NCBI GenBank assembly: GCA_951406725.2
Contig: OX597815.1
Span: 64,046,001-64,110,000 of the forward strand
DNA from: Octopus vulgaris
Lineage: Eukaryota
Direction: 5' to 3'
DNA length: 64,000 nucleotides
The position numbers were made by a program, and so were the translations under genes. The notes below the pieces were generated by a model. It saw nothing but the letters and a program-made list of their open reading frames with translations. It was not told the DNA's origin and searched no databases. This document shows positions 29,398 through 44,660 of the stretch, piece by piece; the stretch's first letter is position 1; the number at the start of each line of letters is the position of its first letter.

Positions 29398-29849
29398 ATA
29401 TATACACGCATATATACCCGAAAGGCTAGTTATGCATGGCAAGCGAGTTTGAATTAAAAACCTCAATACTGGGTTAGATGTCATGAATAACACTATATAT
29501 AGGATTAAATTAAAATAATTCTTGACAAGTTGTCATATGTTTCGCTTAGTACGAGCGTAAAAGACTACTCGTTCGGAATGCAACATTTGGCCATCTGTAA
29601 CGAATCATTTTAATTTAATGTAGTCGTGTGTGTGTGTGTGTGTGTGTTAGTATTTACATATTTACAAAAAACCGGCGCTGTGTCAAAATGGTAACTAAGG
29701 TAATCGATAAAATATAGATCGATAAACCAAGTGTCAGACCTAAATAAGTAAATATATAAGCGAATATACAAAAGAATTTACATTTACATCTATGACCAGA
29801 CGAACTACGTGATCACGATCTCAGCACCGCTGCACATTGTAATGGCTGT

Positions 29850-30770
29850 CATTATACCACTAACATTACTATCACATAAACCACAGCTACCGCCACCATG
29901 TTCACCACTATAACCGCCACCACCGGTAGCAGCACCCCCATCATCCCAATCATAATTACTACCGTCATTAATATCACCACCACCACATCATCGCTACTAC
30001 TACTACTACTACCACTATCACCACCATTACCACCTTAATTGCTACTACCATCACCACCACAACCACTATTACTACTACTATTATTACCACTACCATCACC
30101 AATCTCGTCAACTTCACCACCACCACCATCACCATCACCATCACCATCACCACCACCGCCGCCATCACCACCACGACTACCACCACCACCACGACTACCA
30201 CAACTACCATTACCATTATCACCACAGTAGCCAATTCCATTATATTCCTCCTACTACCACAATGATCCTCACCACCACCACCACCACCGTCACCATGGTC
30301 ACACCAACCATGACCACCACCACAGCTATCACTACCATCCCCCATCACCACCACAACCATTGCCATTAAACTGACCTACAACGATCAACACCACCCCAAC
30401 CATTACAACCAACCCTTAACCAGCGTCTCCCTCACCATCACCATCACTACCACTACTACCATCTTCATCAGCATTATTGCTACCATTATTACTATCGTTA
30501 TCATCACCCCGCCCCCATAATAATCACGATCATTATCAACATCATCATCATCATCACCACCACCACCACAACCATCGCCATCAAGACTAATGCTGCAGAA
30601 ATATTCCCAGCATGCATCTACTCCAACCGAAGTAGACGAGATTACCGTAACCACCATTGCCAGCACCACTCCCACCAGTACCACTCCAACCGTCTCTTCC
30701 ACTACTACTACTATTATCATTATTGTTGTTGTTATTACTATTATTATTATTATCATCATCATCATCATCG

Positions 30771-30832
<62 letters not shown>
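29850..30832. repeat. (ACC/ACT/CAT/TAT)n low-complexity array
   Basis: Directly visible. Confidence 0.85.
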
Positions 30833-30834
<2 letters not shown>

Positions 30835-31324
30835 ATACCCCCACCACCTCATCTCCTAAGAATAATGAGCACGGCTCTTCAGCAAACTCCTTTCCTGCTG
30901 TAAGATGGCTTCAAAAGGAGACATTATGTCACGTGTGGTCTTCCATAATAACCGAAAGGCTCCAAGACCTATTATGATTGCAATATAATTAAGCAGTACG
31001 TGAGACAAGTTCGAGATACGTGCCGCCTTCCAGTGTTGCCGCTCTTCCACCACCACGACCACCACTATCTCTGTCGTCCCTCCCTCTCTGTTCCATTCTC
31101 TCATTTTCCTCTCCCTCTCTCGCTTTCCCTCCCCCAGCTCTTTCTTCCCCCTCTATCTCTTAAATACATTGCCTCCCGTCTGTTTCACAAGTTCATTTTA
31201 TTGATTTTCTTCTCAGCTTATTTTGTTTACATATATACTGTGTGATTTATGGCACTTATCATCATATAATTACTGCTGCTACAACTATAACTACTACTAC
31301 TGTCACTACAACCGGTGATAATAA

Positions 31325-31718
31325 AAATTCAAATTTTGGTACAAAGCCAGCAAAGTTTTGAGAGGAGGGGCAAATTAATTACATCGAACCCATTGCTCAA
31401 AACTCGAAAGGATGAAAGGAAAAGTTGACCTCAGCAAGATTTGAACTCAGAATGTTAAGAACAAGAATTTTGTTAGACACGCTAAAGATTCTGCCAGCTC
31501 TCTGTTTTAATAGTAATCAATAATTAATTTTGGCCTTAAATTTTGGGGGAGGGGCAAGTCGACTCCTACGACCCGAATGTTCAACTGATACTTATTTTCT
31601 CAAACCCGAAAGGGTGAAAGTCAAAGTCGACCTCGGCGGAATTTGAACTCATAACGTAAAGACGGACGAAATGCCGCTAAGCATTTTTGTCTGGCGCGTT
31701 AACAATTCTGCCACCTTG
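31325..31718 (-). mobile_element. Two head-to-tail Nin-like SINEs (family 1; ~31325-31500 and ~31530-31718)
   Basis: Plus-strand CGAAAGGATGAAAGG..AAAGTTGACCTC..ATTTGAACTC motif occurs twice. Confidence 0.7.
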
Positions 31719-32369
31719 TAATCTTAATAATATAGTAATAATTATGATGATGATGATGATGACGATTCCCTTTATTTTTCTACAGGGGCATCGTATGCAG
31801 GGTACATTACAAGTTTAAAATTTAAGGGGTGTTGCACATAAAGATGAAGAGAGAGAAAGGGAGCAGTGTCGTGGGATAAATGTGTACAGAATAAGTGAAC
31901 ACATGGATGCTGCAGTCTTTCTGATACAGGAAAGTCTTCAACTAGGGCCAAAAGAAGGAACCCCATATATCCAGGATCACCCTATTATTTCAACGGCAGG
32001 AGGCCTCGCCCAACTGTTGTTCTTCAATCTACAGGTGCATGCTTCGAAGTAGTCCCATTCTTCCACGTATAGATATATTCGCTAGGGAAGAACCTCTTGC
32101 TTCGACATTTTCACCTTTCCTTCAAATTTCAACTCGAAAAGGACGTTCAGAAGTAACCAAAGAGTATTTGACTGCTACTTTATTTTATCGCCACCGAAAG
32201 GATGAATGGCAAAGTGTCCCTTGACTAGATTCGAACTCAGAGTATAAAGAGCCGGAACCAAATTTTGTAATGAGTTTTCTTCGACGCTCAAACTAATCAT
32301 TTTCAGATGATGCTTTCTGATTTCAGCATATGACTAGTAATTTTCAAGGTACTTTATTTTATCGATCCC

Positions 32370-32412
<43 letters not shown>

Positions 32413-32445
32413 ATATATATATATATATATATATATACGCACACA

Positions 32446-32516
<71 letters not shown>

Positions 32517-32517
32517 G

Positions 32518-32725
32518 TAGTTAATCCAAACAAGAAAACACAAAAAAAACAGCAACGCGAAGACGTGGAACAAATAAAGTATTATTGGACACTCAGGAAA
32601 GAAGGGAAGAAGGAGGGTTTAACGTTTCGAGCGGAGCTCTTCGTCGGAAACATAGGAGAAGGAAAGATCCCGAGAAGGGAAGACAGAGGAAAAAAATCGC
32701 TGGCGGTACTCACGAGGTCACATAT
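32518..32725 (-). mobile_element. ~210-bp hammerhead-core element, subfamily B
   Basis: Reverse complement matches 6317-6524; core CCGACGA-A-GAGC-TCC-GCTC-GAAACGTT at 32617-32651. Confidence 0.75.
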
Positions 32726-32797
32726 GCGCTAATATATACGTGTATTTGTATATAGATAGATAAATAGATAAATATTATACGTATGTATGCATATCTT

Positions 32798-32858
<61 letters not shown>

Positions 32859-33744
32859 TACATGTATATGTCTACAGACGGTAAACACATACAAACATAA
32901 TCATACTACCCCGGATTATATATATATATTATACATCTGCGTATGCAGGCGGGATTCTGTATTTGGTTTTATAAACATAAGTGAACATGTATATATAGTC
33001 ATGGGTCAGTACACACACACACACACACATATAGATATATATATATATATATTTACTTGCCTTCACAAAATCTAGGTCCAAATTCTTACTTTTAGTCTTA
33101 GACTCTATTTATATAAACACATATATTTATATGTAAATGTACACATGCATTCATATATATATACAGGCACGTACGCACATGTATTGTACACACACACACA
33201 CACACATACACATCATTAAACAGACATATGAATACATGGAAAAAGCACTCAGCATCTATTATGCCTTCGTTATTGTTATCATTCATACCGGAAGTAACGC
33301 CATTTAATTATATTACTCCGCTTCTAAAGATGCACAGACGTTCGACGTAAGAATGAAGGTAATCAATTTTGTATAATGGAGCCTCAGGTGTTGCTATATT
33401 GTCTTCATGTCTCTCCAGCTTTATCTCTTACTCAGACGGACGATAATTCTCTTGTACTCACTCGCCATCTCCTTTTCCTTAGTATTTGTCGATTCCTCAC
33501 ACCCACACCTCAATCCTTTTCTCTCTATATACACATGATATATTACAGTTTCTCTCTCACATACTGTCACACATATATACGGATGTATATGCATATGTAT
33601 ATATTAAATATATGCGTGTGTATATAATTTATAGATGCATTATATATACATACACGCCCATGCACGTGCACGCACACACACATACAAACACACACACACA
33701 ATGGATACATACATACAAAAATAATTACTGGCATATATACACAC

Positions 33745-33887
33745 GTACAGAACTATCGGGAAATCTACAGGTACTCCAGCCATACTACAAGTTTAGATTT
33801 GTACAAGTAATTACAGGAGTACTTGGATATGTAATCAACTACCTCGTAACCAAGCTTTTCAAAACTAAACACGAAAAAGCTAATTAG
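33745..33887 (+). pseudogene. RLE-class non-LTR retrotransposon C-terminal fragment
   Basis: ELSGNLQVLQPYYKFRFVQVITGVLGYV resembles the LQxLYPxYKFxFxPIIIGAxG motif at the end of restriction-like endonuclease domains. Confidence 0.55.
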
Positions 33888-34304
33888 AAGACTACATATA
33901 CCAGCCATCAATGGAAACTGTCAAGATATGCAAATCATTCGAAATGTTTAGCATATAGGTATATATGCACATATCTAAACACATAATTATATGTATAGCT
34001 GCACACATGTAAAACAATACTGCCCTATACCCGCCTACCCTCGTCGACCAAATGTCACAGGCGTTTGAATTTATCAAAGTCCATTTGCTGCCTCCTAATA
34101 CCACTCCCCTTCCATAATTCCTGAATCAGCAAGTGATTTATATACAAAAAATCTTTTTGCTACTTTTAGACTGTCCAGACTATGACAATCCATCCTGGAC
34201 ACCTTCTTTCCAAAAATGATCCAAGAACCTTTCTACTCCTGGATAAGGAGCATGCCAAACGCGGGCAAAAAAATGAATGGTTTGTAATTGCTAATATATA
34301 TATA

Positions 34305-34510
34305 ATCTGGCAAAAATGTTAACACACCGGGCAAAATGCTCAACTGCATTTCGTCCGTCTTTATGTTCTGACCTTAAATTCCAACAAGGTCGACTTTGTC
34401 TTTCATCCTTCCGAGGTCCATAAAATAAGTACCAGCGGAGCGCTGGGGGTCAATGTATTCGATTTAGCCCTCCCCCAACATTGCTAGCCTTGTGCCAATA
34501 TTTGAAATCA
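34305..34510 (+). mobile_element. Nin-like tRNA SINE (family 1)
   Basis: AAGGTCGACTTTGTCTTTCATCCTTCCGAGGTCCATAAAATAAGTACC. Confidence 0.75.
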
Positions 34511-34810
34511 ATGTCAATAACCTACTCTAAATGTTTTCGCTTGCTTATTTCGGTCTATGAAAATCATGTTGAAATATTTCCCCTTGTTCAAACATCGCAT
34601 AGACTAAAACTTACTAAGACTTCTATTAAAATATTCATGAATTTTTTAATATTTTTGAAACTTTTATAAAGTTTTAAAATAATATTTACTATGTAATAAT
34701 ATACACTTATTTTATAAATGTTAATTATAATATCCGTTTCCTTTTATAATTTCGTAAAAGATATCTTTAAAAAAAAACTGTGGTGCTTTAAAATATATTT
34801 AATGCTTTCT

Positions 34811-34865
<55 letters not shown>

Positions 34866-34939
34866 CATTTATATATATTGATGTGTGTGTGTGTGTGTGT
34901 AAATATATTGTTGCGATTTATTACGTTATTGCAGGAATA

Positions 34940-35170
34940 TTGGTTTCAAATATGAGTACAAGGCCAGAAAAATAGTGGGAGAAGTTAAATCGATTATATC
35001 GACCTCAGCGCTCATCTGGTACTCATTTTATCGATCCTGAAAGATTGATTCCGGTGGCATTTGAATTTGGCAAAGTCGATTCCGGTGGCATTTGAATTTA
35101 GAACGTGAAGTTACAAGAAATGCCACTAACTATTTTGTCCGGTGGGGTAACTATTCTGCCACTTCACCTT
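34940..35170 (-). mobile_element. Nin-like tRNA SINE (family 1) with a small internal duplication
   Basis: GGTACTCATTTTATCGATCCTGAAAG; GATTCCGGTGGCATTTGAATTT occurs twice. Confidence 0.7.
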
Positions 35171-35314
35171 ATTGTACAAATACTGCATAGTTCTATTATA
35201 CGCACTGTTTTTTTTTTTACCAAATATTAAAAAAAGATTAAAAATAGTACTGGGGTCGATTTGTTCGACTTCAGTTCTTCAAGGCGGTGCTCCAGTATGG
35301 CCGCAGTCTAATGA

Positions 35315-36020
<706 letters not shown>

Positions 36021-36021
36021 A

Positions 36022-36562
36022 TCAGGCAGTGCCTCTCATGGCTTCTGATCTTAACTGATTGGAAGTGTTATCATGTACATTGTTTTGTCTTGGTATAAAA
36101 GATGTGCTACAGCAAATATTCTGCTCAATGCCACAGATTTGCTTGTTACTTGTTTGACCTTAACCAGTTGAGCATGTCCCTTAGTGGCTGACGATATGTG
36201 CATCTCTGATCACGAGCAGAAGTAGTGGGGGAGCATCATAGCCATGTGTTGAGAGGGATTCTTTGGGGTTTGAATAATTCACCTCTGGAAACATGGGTGG
36301 TTCTTTCAACATCCTTAAACAACCCTTATTCAGGGACCTTTTGAGCGGGATGGGCTACTCAACCTGAAGAAAATTCTAACTGGGCCCCACCTGCACAGTC
36401 ATGTGCTGTTTATCTTGATATGAGATCACCATGTCGCGCACATATGGTTGTCATGCATGTGTCTGGTGTACCCTTATCAGACGGGTAGTCATGATGGGTA
36501 TATTGGGATTCGTATATTTTACCCCAGTGTCACCTTGATGGCATGAACTGCTCTCTCACTCA
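36022..36562 (+). mobile_element. Complex 540-bp segment embedded in (TAA)n, probable retroelement 3' UTR
   Basis: Higher-complexity island with sharp borders against TAA/TGA repeats on both sides; no coding motif recognised. Confidence 0.35.
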
Positions 36563-36604
36563 ATAATAATAATAATAATAATAATAATAATTATTATTAT
36601 TATT

Positions 36605-36633
<29 letters not shown>

Positions 36634-36635
<2 letters not shown>

Positions 36636-36893
36636 CAGGTTAGCTTCGATGAAAAAGTTGGTGGTAGTACCAATAATTGTCAGAGCGCTGGGAACAGTGA
36701 GTAAAAATCTCGAGAAGTACATGGAACAAATAAGGGCTGCAATAAGGGTGGAGCATTTGCAGAAAACAGCACTGCTTGGAACCACCCGAATACTCCGGAA
36801 GGTGCTCGGAAAATAAGAGGAGTCACCTTATCTTAGTTAACTGTTAGTGAACAGCTGACACCGTAGTACAAGCGTTTGATGCTGTGCAAAGGC
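36634..36893 (+). mobile_element. R4/Dong-clade LINE 3' end in (TAA)n
   Basis: 36649-36816 translates MKKLVVVPIIVRALGTVSKNLEKYMEQIRAAIRVEHLQKTALLGTTRILRKVLGK*, a typical R4/Dong C-terminus; (TAA)n on both sides. Confidence 0.85.
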
Positions 36894-36966
36894 AATAATA
36901 ATAATAATAATAATAATAATCATAATAAAATACACGTATATATCTACATACACACAAACACACACA

Positions 36967-36998
<32 letters not shown>

Positions 36999-37845
36999 AT
37001 ACAATGAGACAAGTACACTATGTAAATATTTTAAAGTATCAGAAGCTAACATTAGAAAAACTAAATTAAAATTCCATCCTTTTACAGAGATGAACATTAT
37101 AGCGATGTTAGTTATAAATGCCTGACAAATGTAGCAAGAACATTTTTAGGTGTGTAGTATTTTAGCAAAGCGCTCGTCTAATGTTTCGAGCATCTTTTTA
37201 ATTTCGCTACTGAACTCAGGCACCTCCAACAATTGACCTTAAGTAAAACATGGTCATTCATAACAGCAAACAAAGTGAGGTCTTCCTCTCGATTCTTTAC
37301 GGTGAATAAGCTTCCATATCTACTGTTGTCGATACACCCACATCTTTGTTTCTGCAACAGAATCCAATAAAGCTTAATCTTGGTGGTCGTAATGTGGTTG
37401 TTACTGGAGATTAGATAACATAAAGATCGGCATCGTTTTTATGTCTCCTCCATGACGTGTTGAATGCTGAATGTTGCTCGTAGAAATACTATGAAGGCGC
37501 CGTGAAGACGACTTTATGGGGCTCCTGTTTAAGACAATAATATAATGAAATATAATGGTTGTTAAAACGCAAGGAAACTAGAATGTTAAATAATGTTATT
37601 TATATTAAGGTAAATATATGCAAATATTAAATATATCTTTACCAGTTACAGGCGCTTGTTTCTGATACTCAGAACAGTAAAATAACTGGAATCGTGCCGT
37701 CATCAATGGATAACCAGAAGAGGAAGTATTAACAGAAGATACTGCTTATATTATGCAGGATACTTGCATAACATATTGTACTGGTGGAATGCAAAAATTA
37801 ACACCAGACCGAAACAGAAGAAACTGAATATATATATACATATAT

Positions 37846-38080
37846 ATTCCGGGTTCAGTCCCACTGCGGGGCGTCGTCCCCACACCGCTTGACAACTGAT
37901 GTTGATATATTTATGTCCCTGTAACTTAGCGGTTCGATAAAACAGACCGATAGTATAAGTATTAGGCTTAGAAAGAATATGTCCTGAGGGACGATTTCTT
38001 CGACTAGAAACTTTTTAAGGCGTTGCTCTGGCATGGCTGCAGTCAGTTGACTGAAACGTGTAAAAGAATAAAAGTATAAA
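37846..38080 (+). mobile_element. Internally deleted tRNA-SINE (family 2)
   Basis: TTCCGGGTTCAGTCCCACTGCG joined to the 3' part GTAACTTAGCGGTTCG...GACTGAAAC. Confidence 0.65.
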
Positions 38081-38194
38081 AGAATGTGTGTGTGTGTGTG
38101 TGTTCTCATTTTGCTTTTTAATTTAGAGTAAATTTTGACCGGCCACCTACTTGGTAGGAAGGTCGTGAATGAAAGCATCTTTTGTTCATCATCT

Positions 38195-38390
38195 TTTAGA
38201 TTCTAATGTCTTGTAGGTTTGCATAGTCCCAGATATCGTGATCTTTTGAAGTGTATGAATTAAGGATATGTGTTCTCTCCCCAAGAACTGAAGTTTGGCC
38301 ATACTTTGCTCTGACGGGTTAGTATGTGTCCTGTTCCTCCAATAATAATAGATATGAAGCTGAAAGTCTTTCCTGGGTACTGGATGTATG
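38195..38390 (-). pseudogene. RLE-class non-LTR C-terminal fragment
   Basis: IQYPGKTFSFISIIIGGTGHI then, after a frameshift, IHTLQKITISGTMQTYKT; same motif type as 33745. Confidence 0.5.
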
Positions 38391-39668
38391 TCTGCATATA
38401 TTGTGTATTTAGAATGTTTTCTCTATATATTTACATGTATATCTCAGATATGTATTCGTTTTTTCGTTAGTTTGTTATTAGCATCAAAGCTACAGTCACG
38501 CTGGGGCACTGTTTATGCAAAGGGAAAGGAGTAGTTATTTAAAGGGAAATAAGTCATGTATTACGCTAATTTTTTTAAAAATAAGTATATTTCTGTATGT
38601 CTAGTGGGAGGAGATTCTAGTTATATGTTTCGTTTTTATGTTCTACTTTATCATATCTACAACAAAGATGGAAATATAATGGAAACAATAATTCCCAAAA
38701 CCTGGACATCTGACGATAATAGAGAACGTAGGAATTACTTTATATATATTTAGCCAAAAAGCTACAGCAACCTCCCCGACCAATCTAAAATAAGTAATAA
38801 AATTCTCAACAATCCAAATTTGAATATATTTCTAAAACTGTGTGGTCTATATTTAGAGATTCAAAGTGAGTGTCATCTCTTTTCAGTCTGTGATGCTTAC
38901 TTTCTGTCTCGGGCATAAAATCTATTCACTTCTTTATCACTCCCATTTTGGTAAAAGTCATACAAGTGTATTTTCATATTTTCCTATTGTAATTGTTGAT
39001 TTCTTTTGTGTTGCTTGTCTTGTTATGTACTTTGTGTTACTGTTATTGTTTTTGATTATGATGTTGTTCTTGTGTAATGAGAGAGTGTATAATTGTGTGA
39101 AATCTATTAGCATTGGTTGATACTTAAAACAAAAGAAGACGAATACAGGCGAATTTAACAGCGATTTTTAGCATATTGGTTCACTGCATCAAACCTCCAT
39201 CCCGAGATAAAATTATCGTAATTAATCAATTAGTGATAATGCTTCATCAAGAATACTTAATGCAAATAAATACATTGTAGAGAGGCAAATTAACTACGGC
39301 GTTAGTCCGGAAAATGTGCATCTAGCAAGTTCACCGCTGCTACTGCGGAATTGTCCGCTTCCATTGATATATTTATGTTGTTAAAACACAGTACGTCCAT
39401 GAAAGATATTATCTCATGGTGATTACCACAGTTAATATAGCTTTCGCAGATGTATTTGTATTGGATATGATACACGGGTGACTATTTAATTCAATGTTGC
39501 TTCTGTTGCTCATGACAGACTGCTTTTTAGAAAAAATGAATATTATCGGAGTTTCACAGGGAAAAAAGAATAAAAGAAAATTATGGGGGAAGGCTTCTGT
39601 TTTTCCGTTACCCGGAAGGTTATATTAGGGTGTCGTCCAACCAAGCTGAAAATGTTTCTTGTAAAAAA

Positions 39669-39737
<69 letters not shown>

Positions 39738-39738
<1 letters not shown>

Positions 39739-40504
39739 TTCATTATTGGCCACGCATGGCTGAACACAGAAGGGACAAAATACAAAGTGGAGCTTTTCTT
39801 TTTGGGAAGAAGAGAAGGAAAAAAAGGGAGGTCGAATCCCGATCAAAAGGGATCGTGAAAAGAAAAAAAAAGTGGGGCCGATCAACAGGGATCGTGTATC
39901 ACATAAATGTGAATGTAAAGAGGGAAAACAGACTAGGTTTGTCGGTGGATAGAAAAGCCTACGGAAAAGACCATGGGAACCTTGGGCAATAGTGTCATGC
40001 AAAAAGAAAACACATTACAGTAAGTGGCTCTCTTTTTTCATTTCGTTGTTTTCTTTTGGTTCATAGGATTATGCTCAAGCTGGCTCCGTCATTCACAAGT
40101 GCCATCCCTGCTACATTCACCCATCTTTTTTTGAAGCATTCACTAGACAAAACTTTCCTCACTACTCTCACCTTCCTCTTCAATTAATACTTCAAGAAGT
40201 TGATGAGAGATTGACCAGAGAGGAAAGTGTTTGTCTCTAGACATTTCAGACGCGACCACCATACACATTTTTCGCCATAGCCACAAGTGCGATGAAAATA
40301 GTTCTTCCTTCCCATTTCAAGGAAAGAGGCACGACAATATTTGCGATAGACTCGGTTGATAAACCAACTCGTCCCACACGCGATAGCAGTCGTTCGACAT
40401 AGGCCCACAGGTCGGAAATAGTTGGACACTGTACGAGTGCGTGCAGGACGGTTTCGTCGCTCTGACCGAATCTCGGACAAGTCGGCCCCGTGTTTCTCTA
40501 GCCA
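39738..40504 (-). mobile_element. Tx1/L1-clade LINE 3' end inserted in (GATA)n
   Basis: GPTCPRFGQSDETVLHALVQCPTISDLWAYV...LVAMAK/CVWWSRLK...FKKRW, a decayed ORF2 zinc knuckle (~40061-40500) with ~320-bp 3' UTR; GATA arrays in the same orientation on both sides. Confidence 0.85.
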
Positions 40505-40529
40505 AGATAGATAGATAGATAGATAGATG

Positions 40530-40598
<69 letters not shown>

Positions 40599-41062
40599 TA
40601 GGTATATAGGTAGATAGATAGATAGACAGATTAACAGAAAGATGAATAGATAGATACATATACAAATGTATATAATACCCACATGTACACGAACATATAC
40701 GCACACACACACTCACACACACATCAGTTAAAGACCACTCTTACAAAAGCCACCGTAACCCTAGCTTGATTCGTTCCATATTAAACCTAAGCAGCTTACA
40801 TCTATAGAACATTGCACAGTTCTATATGTGAACAGTTCTATATGTGAAAACATGAAAAAATATACATATTACATAAATTAGTAGAAAAATATATGAGAGC
40901 CAGTGTTTCTTCTAGTTATACTTACATACGTGCATACACAACACACACACACACCCTTTCTTTCTCCCTTTCTCTCTTTCTCACACACTTTCTCTCTCCT
41001 TCTCTCTGATACAGACTCACACACTTTCCATCTCTCTTTCTCTCTTTCTCTCTTTCTCTCTT

Positions 41063-41110
<48 letters not shown>

Positions 41111-42196
41111 AAACATACACACACATACACACTAGGAGAATATCTTTAAAAATGTAGGTTTGTGTGCAAACCTAGATTTCACAAAATCATTTCAGTAAAG
41201 ATCCCTTCTGTATATGAGAAATTCTATTATACGGTATGTTTGGTTAATGTTTATTTAACCGGCTTTCCTTTGACATATCAAACAGTTCCTTGCTAAAGTA
41301 TTCAAAACAGTCACATTTAGAGAGGTTCGCACTTAATAGAGGACTCCTGCATTTAAATACGGACGAAGATTGATTTACATGCAGTTTCTCTGGGGTACCA
41401 GATCCAGAATTCGTCGATTGTTTAGGAGTATAGGAGTTTAGGAGCTAAAAATAATTATTATCTGCTAATATTTCTCCTGCTGTATTCCAAAGCGGGAAAG
41501 ACTAGGGGTGAGTTTTATGCAATACTGCTAGACAAGCTTCTCTTTTTGTATGCTGCCAGACACTGTTAGGATACGAAAAATTTGCATTCGAACATTTAGT
41601 AGAGTCTATGTACTAACATATAAACGTATGGCTTATTCAGCTATCAGAAAACACACCCACACATACATACGAAACACAAGCAGACACACACGTGCGCGCG
41701 CACACACATTATGAATATGCATATACATACACACACACAGACACACATATATATATATATATAAATTATATATATATATAAATTATATATAATACATATA
41801 CATAGAAACGTATATATACATAAATATATATGTGTGTGAATATATGTATATACGCATATGTGTGCGTGTGTGTGTATATATGTGTGCATACATTTATACA
41901 TGCCTACTAATCTGTTTGCAATAGGTATTCATTTAAATGTATTTACTACATATATATAATCGCACAAAAATACCGTGCCCCCTCCCGTCTGTCACCGACA
42001 CCCACATACGTACATATATAAAACTGTTACCAGAAGAAAATTCGACGTAGACAGCCATTGTTGAGGCAAAATCTTGTGTATGTATTCATATACATATACA
42101 CACATATCTACACACACATACATACACGCAAACACACACGTAGATATATATGTGTGGGTACAGATAGACAGATATATTTCATATATATATATGTAT

Positions 42197-42232
<36 letters not shown>

Positions 42233-42237
42233 TATAT

Positions 42238-42288
<51 letters not shown>

Positions 42289-43310
42289 GTATGTATGTAT
42301 ACATACACATACACACACATATATGTGTGTGTGTAAATTATCATATTGTAGCCAGATAGACGGCAATAAACGAGGTAGAATGTATTATTAACAAGTTTAT
42401 CTTGGATGGGAGGTGACACATTTAGGAAATAGCCGGAATATAATTCAGGTTGATAAATATCTTTCATTTAATAATGAAATGAAGAGACTTCGATGAACGC
42501 CAGTTGATAAATCAAACATGATTGAGTCAAAAGAGGTAATCAGTAAAGTCGATACATTAACAAACCTTCACCTTCTCTATTATCACACAGAAAAGGTCAA
42601 AGTCTCCTCTGCATCCATCTCTATAGAATAATAAAATCTGGTGATATAAACGATGGTTGGTTGGTTGATTGGTTGGTTGGTTGGCTGGGTGGTATCCTCT
42701 ACATCGTATAGAGCGAGAATAAGTGAAAGAGTAAGAACGCGGTAGAGGGTGGATTGACATACGAGGTGTGGATGAGTGTACGTGATCGCAGGTATTAACT
42801 TTTTGAAAAAAGTATATATTTTTAAATGAGATTTTGAAGAGATAAGTTTAGGCATCTTTCTAGGAAGTGATAAACTCTGATGTGGCACTAGTGACTTTGT
42901 TTGCATCCAGTGGTGTAGAAAAGTTTTGTGGGGCAAATGCATACGTTGTTTAAAGAATGCAATGGCCCAGTGCAAGGACATTCCTTAATTTAAAAGACTC
43001 CAGACACAGGCATTGCTTAAGTTTTTAACATGTCTATTATGTGTTGCATGCAAAGGCTGACTGTGGCTAAAAAGACGAAGTGAGTAACGAGCTCCCTGAA
43101 CACCTGATGCAAGAGGTGACCATCGTTGCCACGTCTGTGCAAAGGACTGCAGGTTCCTAGCAGGATTGTAAATCCAAATCCATGCTGCTTTAAGAGAACA
43201 ATCCAGCGATAGCATCACACGAAATCGACTGGCAGTCATCATTAGCGTGTGCGTATTATGCATGCTTGCATCTATATATGTATGCTTATATGATTGCATA
43301 TATTCACATG

Positions 43311-44204
43311 CAGGGTGTCACAAAATTAAGGCAACCAACCTTTTTTTCATTTTTGCCAAAGCAAAACTGTTATATTTCGCGTCCGAGCGTTGCAATGCAA
43401 TGGTAAAGGAAACACAGTCATGACACTACTACATTTATTCGATATGACCAAATCTCTTCCTAATCACAGCTTTAACTCTAGGTGCAAATGCTTCACACGC
43501 GGCATGTAGCTGTTCTTGTGGAATCGAAGCTCATTCCTGGCTCTGTTTTTCCTTCAGAGCATCGAGCGAAGCATAAAGAGTGTGCGAAACCTTACTTTCC
43601 AAATTAGAGCAAACAGAAAAATCTAACGGGTTGAGATCAGAGCTTCTTGAGGGCCATTACATCCTTGCTTATGAAGGACGGAATGTTTTTTCTGAACCCA
43701 GTGTTGTGCCTGTTTGGAGCTGTGGGATGGTACCGAGACCTGTTGCACGGTGTAAGGTGCGCCTTGAAAGTGCTCATTCACCCATGGAAGCAGTTCAGCT
43801 TCCAGAATGTCGCTAAAATATTCTTCATCACTCGATACATCGATGTTCAGACTGTTTTTGCTGAGGTAGCCAGTTTTCACTGTATCTTTCCTCTGGTACT
43901 TTTGATAAGCTGAGGGGTCTGCACACTTCTTTTTCGGTCATGACTAGCTGGGACCAGTCTATTGAAACATCTTGACAATTTTCCAGACTGATGTTCGATT
44001 AATTTTAAACTCTTCTGCTACAGCTGTATTACTTTCGCCTCCTTTCTGGAGGGTTATCGTTGTATTTCGGTCAATAGCTAGTCTAGTTTATAAAACTATA
44101 AGACACTCTAAGCATTTGTAATGATGTATAATTTTCATCTTATCACATTTATTGATACTTATTAAAGCCTGAATCTTCAGTTGCATTAATTTCGGGATAC
44201 TCCG
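43311..44204 (-). mobile_element. maT (DD37D) Tc1/mariner element, internally deleted, copy 1
   Basis: TIRs CAGGGTGTCACAAAATTAAGGCAAC / GTTGCATTAATTTCGGGATACTCCG|TA; DILEAELLPWVNEHF..PYTVQQ..PSH; SDLNPLDFSV. Confidence 0.85.
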
Positions 44205-44269
44205 TATGTGTATATGTACACATGTACATATACATGTGAACGTATGTATTCATATATGATTATATATAT

Positions 44270-44660
44270 TCTTTTAATCTATTACTTGTTTCAGTCATTT
44301 GACTGCGGCCATGCTGGAGCACCGCCTTTAGTCGAACAAATCGATCAAAGAACTTATTCTTTGTAGGCTTAGTACTTATTCTATCGGTCTCTTTTGCCAA
44401 TCCGCTAAGGTTAGGAGGACGTAAACACTCCAACATTTGTTGCCAAGCTATGAGGGGGGGGCACATATACATTCATACATATATATACATACACACACAT
44501 TCACACGTATATATATACATATATGACGGGCTTCTTTCAATTTCCGTCTGCTAAATCCACTCACAAGGCTATTTTCGGCTAGAGGCTACAGTAGATGACA
44601 CTTGCCCGGAACCATGTGATTGGGAAGCAAACTTCTCACCACACGGCCACACCTACGCCT
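44270..44660 (-). mobile_element. tRNA-SINE (family 2)
   Basis: Reverse complement of the 61294-61703 type, including the internal TA/CA tract. Confidence 0.75.

Noticed and set aside
31770-32140. Possible decayed Tx1/L1 3' end on the minus strand (AATAAA then (CAT)n)
   Set aside because: Protein similarity too weak to support by eye
42760-43240. Possible old mariner remnant (TACGAGGTGTG start); similar faint Tc1 signal at ~9500-9900
   Set aside because: No recognisable catalytic motifs or partner TIR
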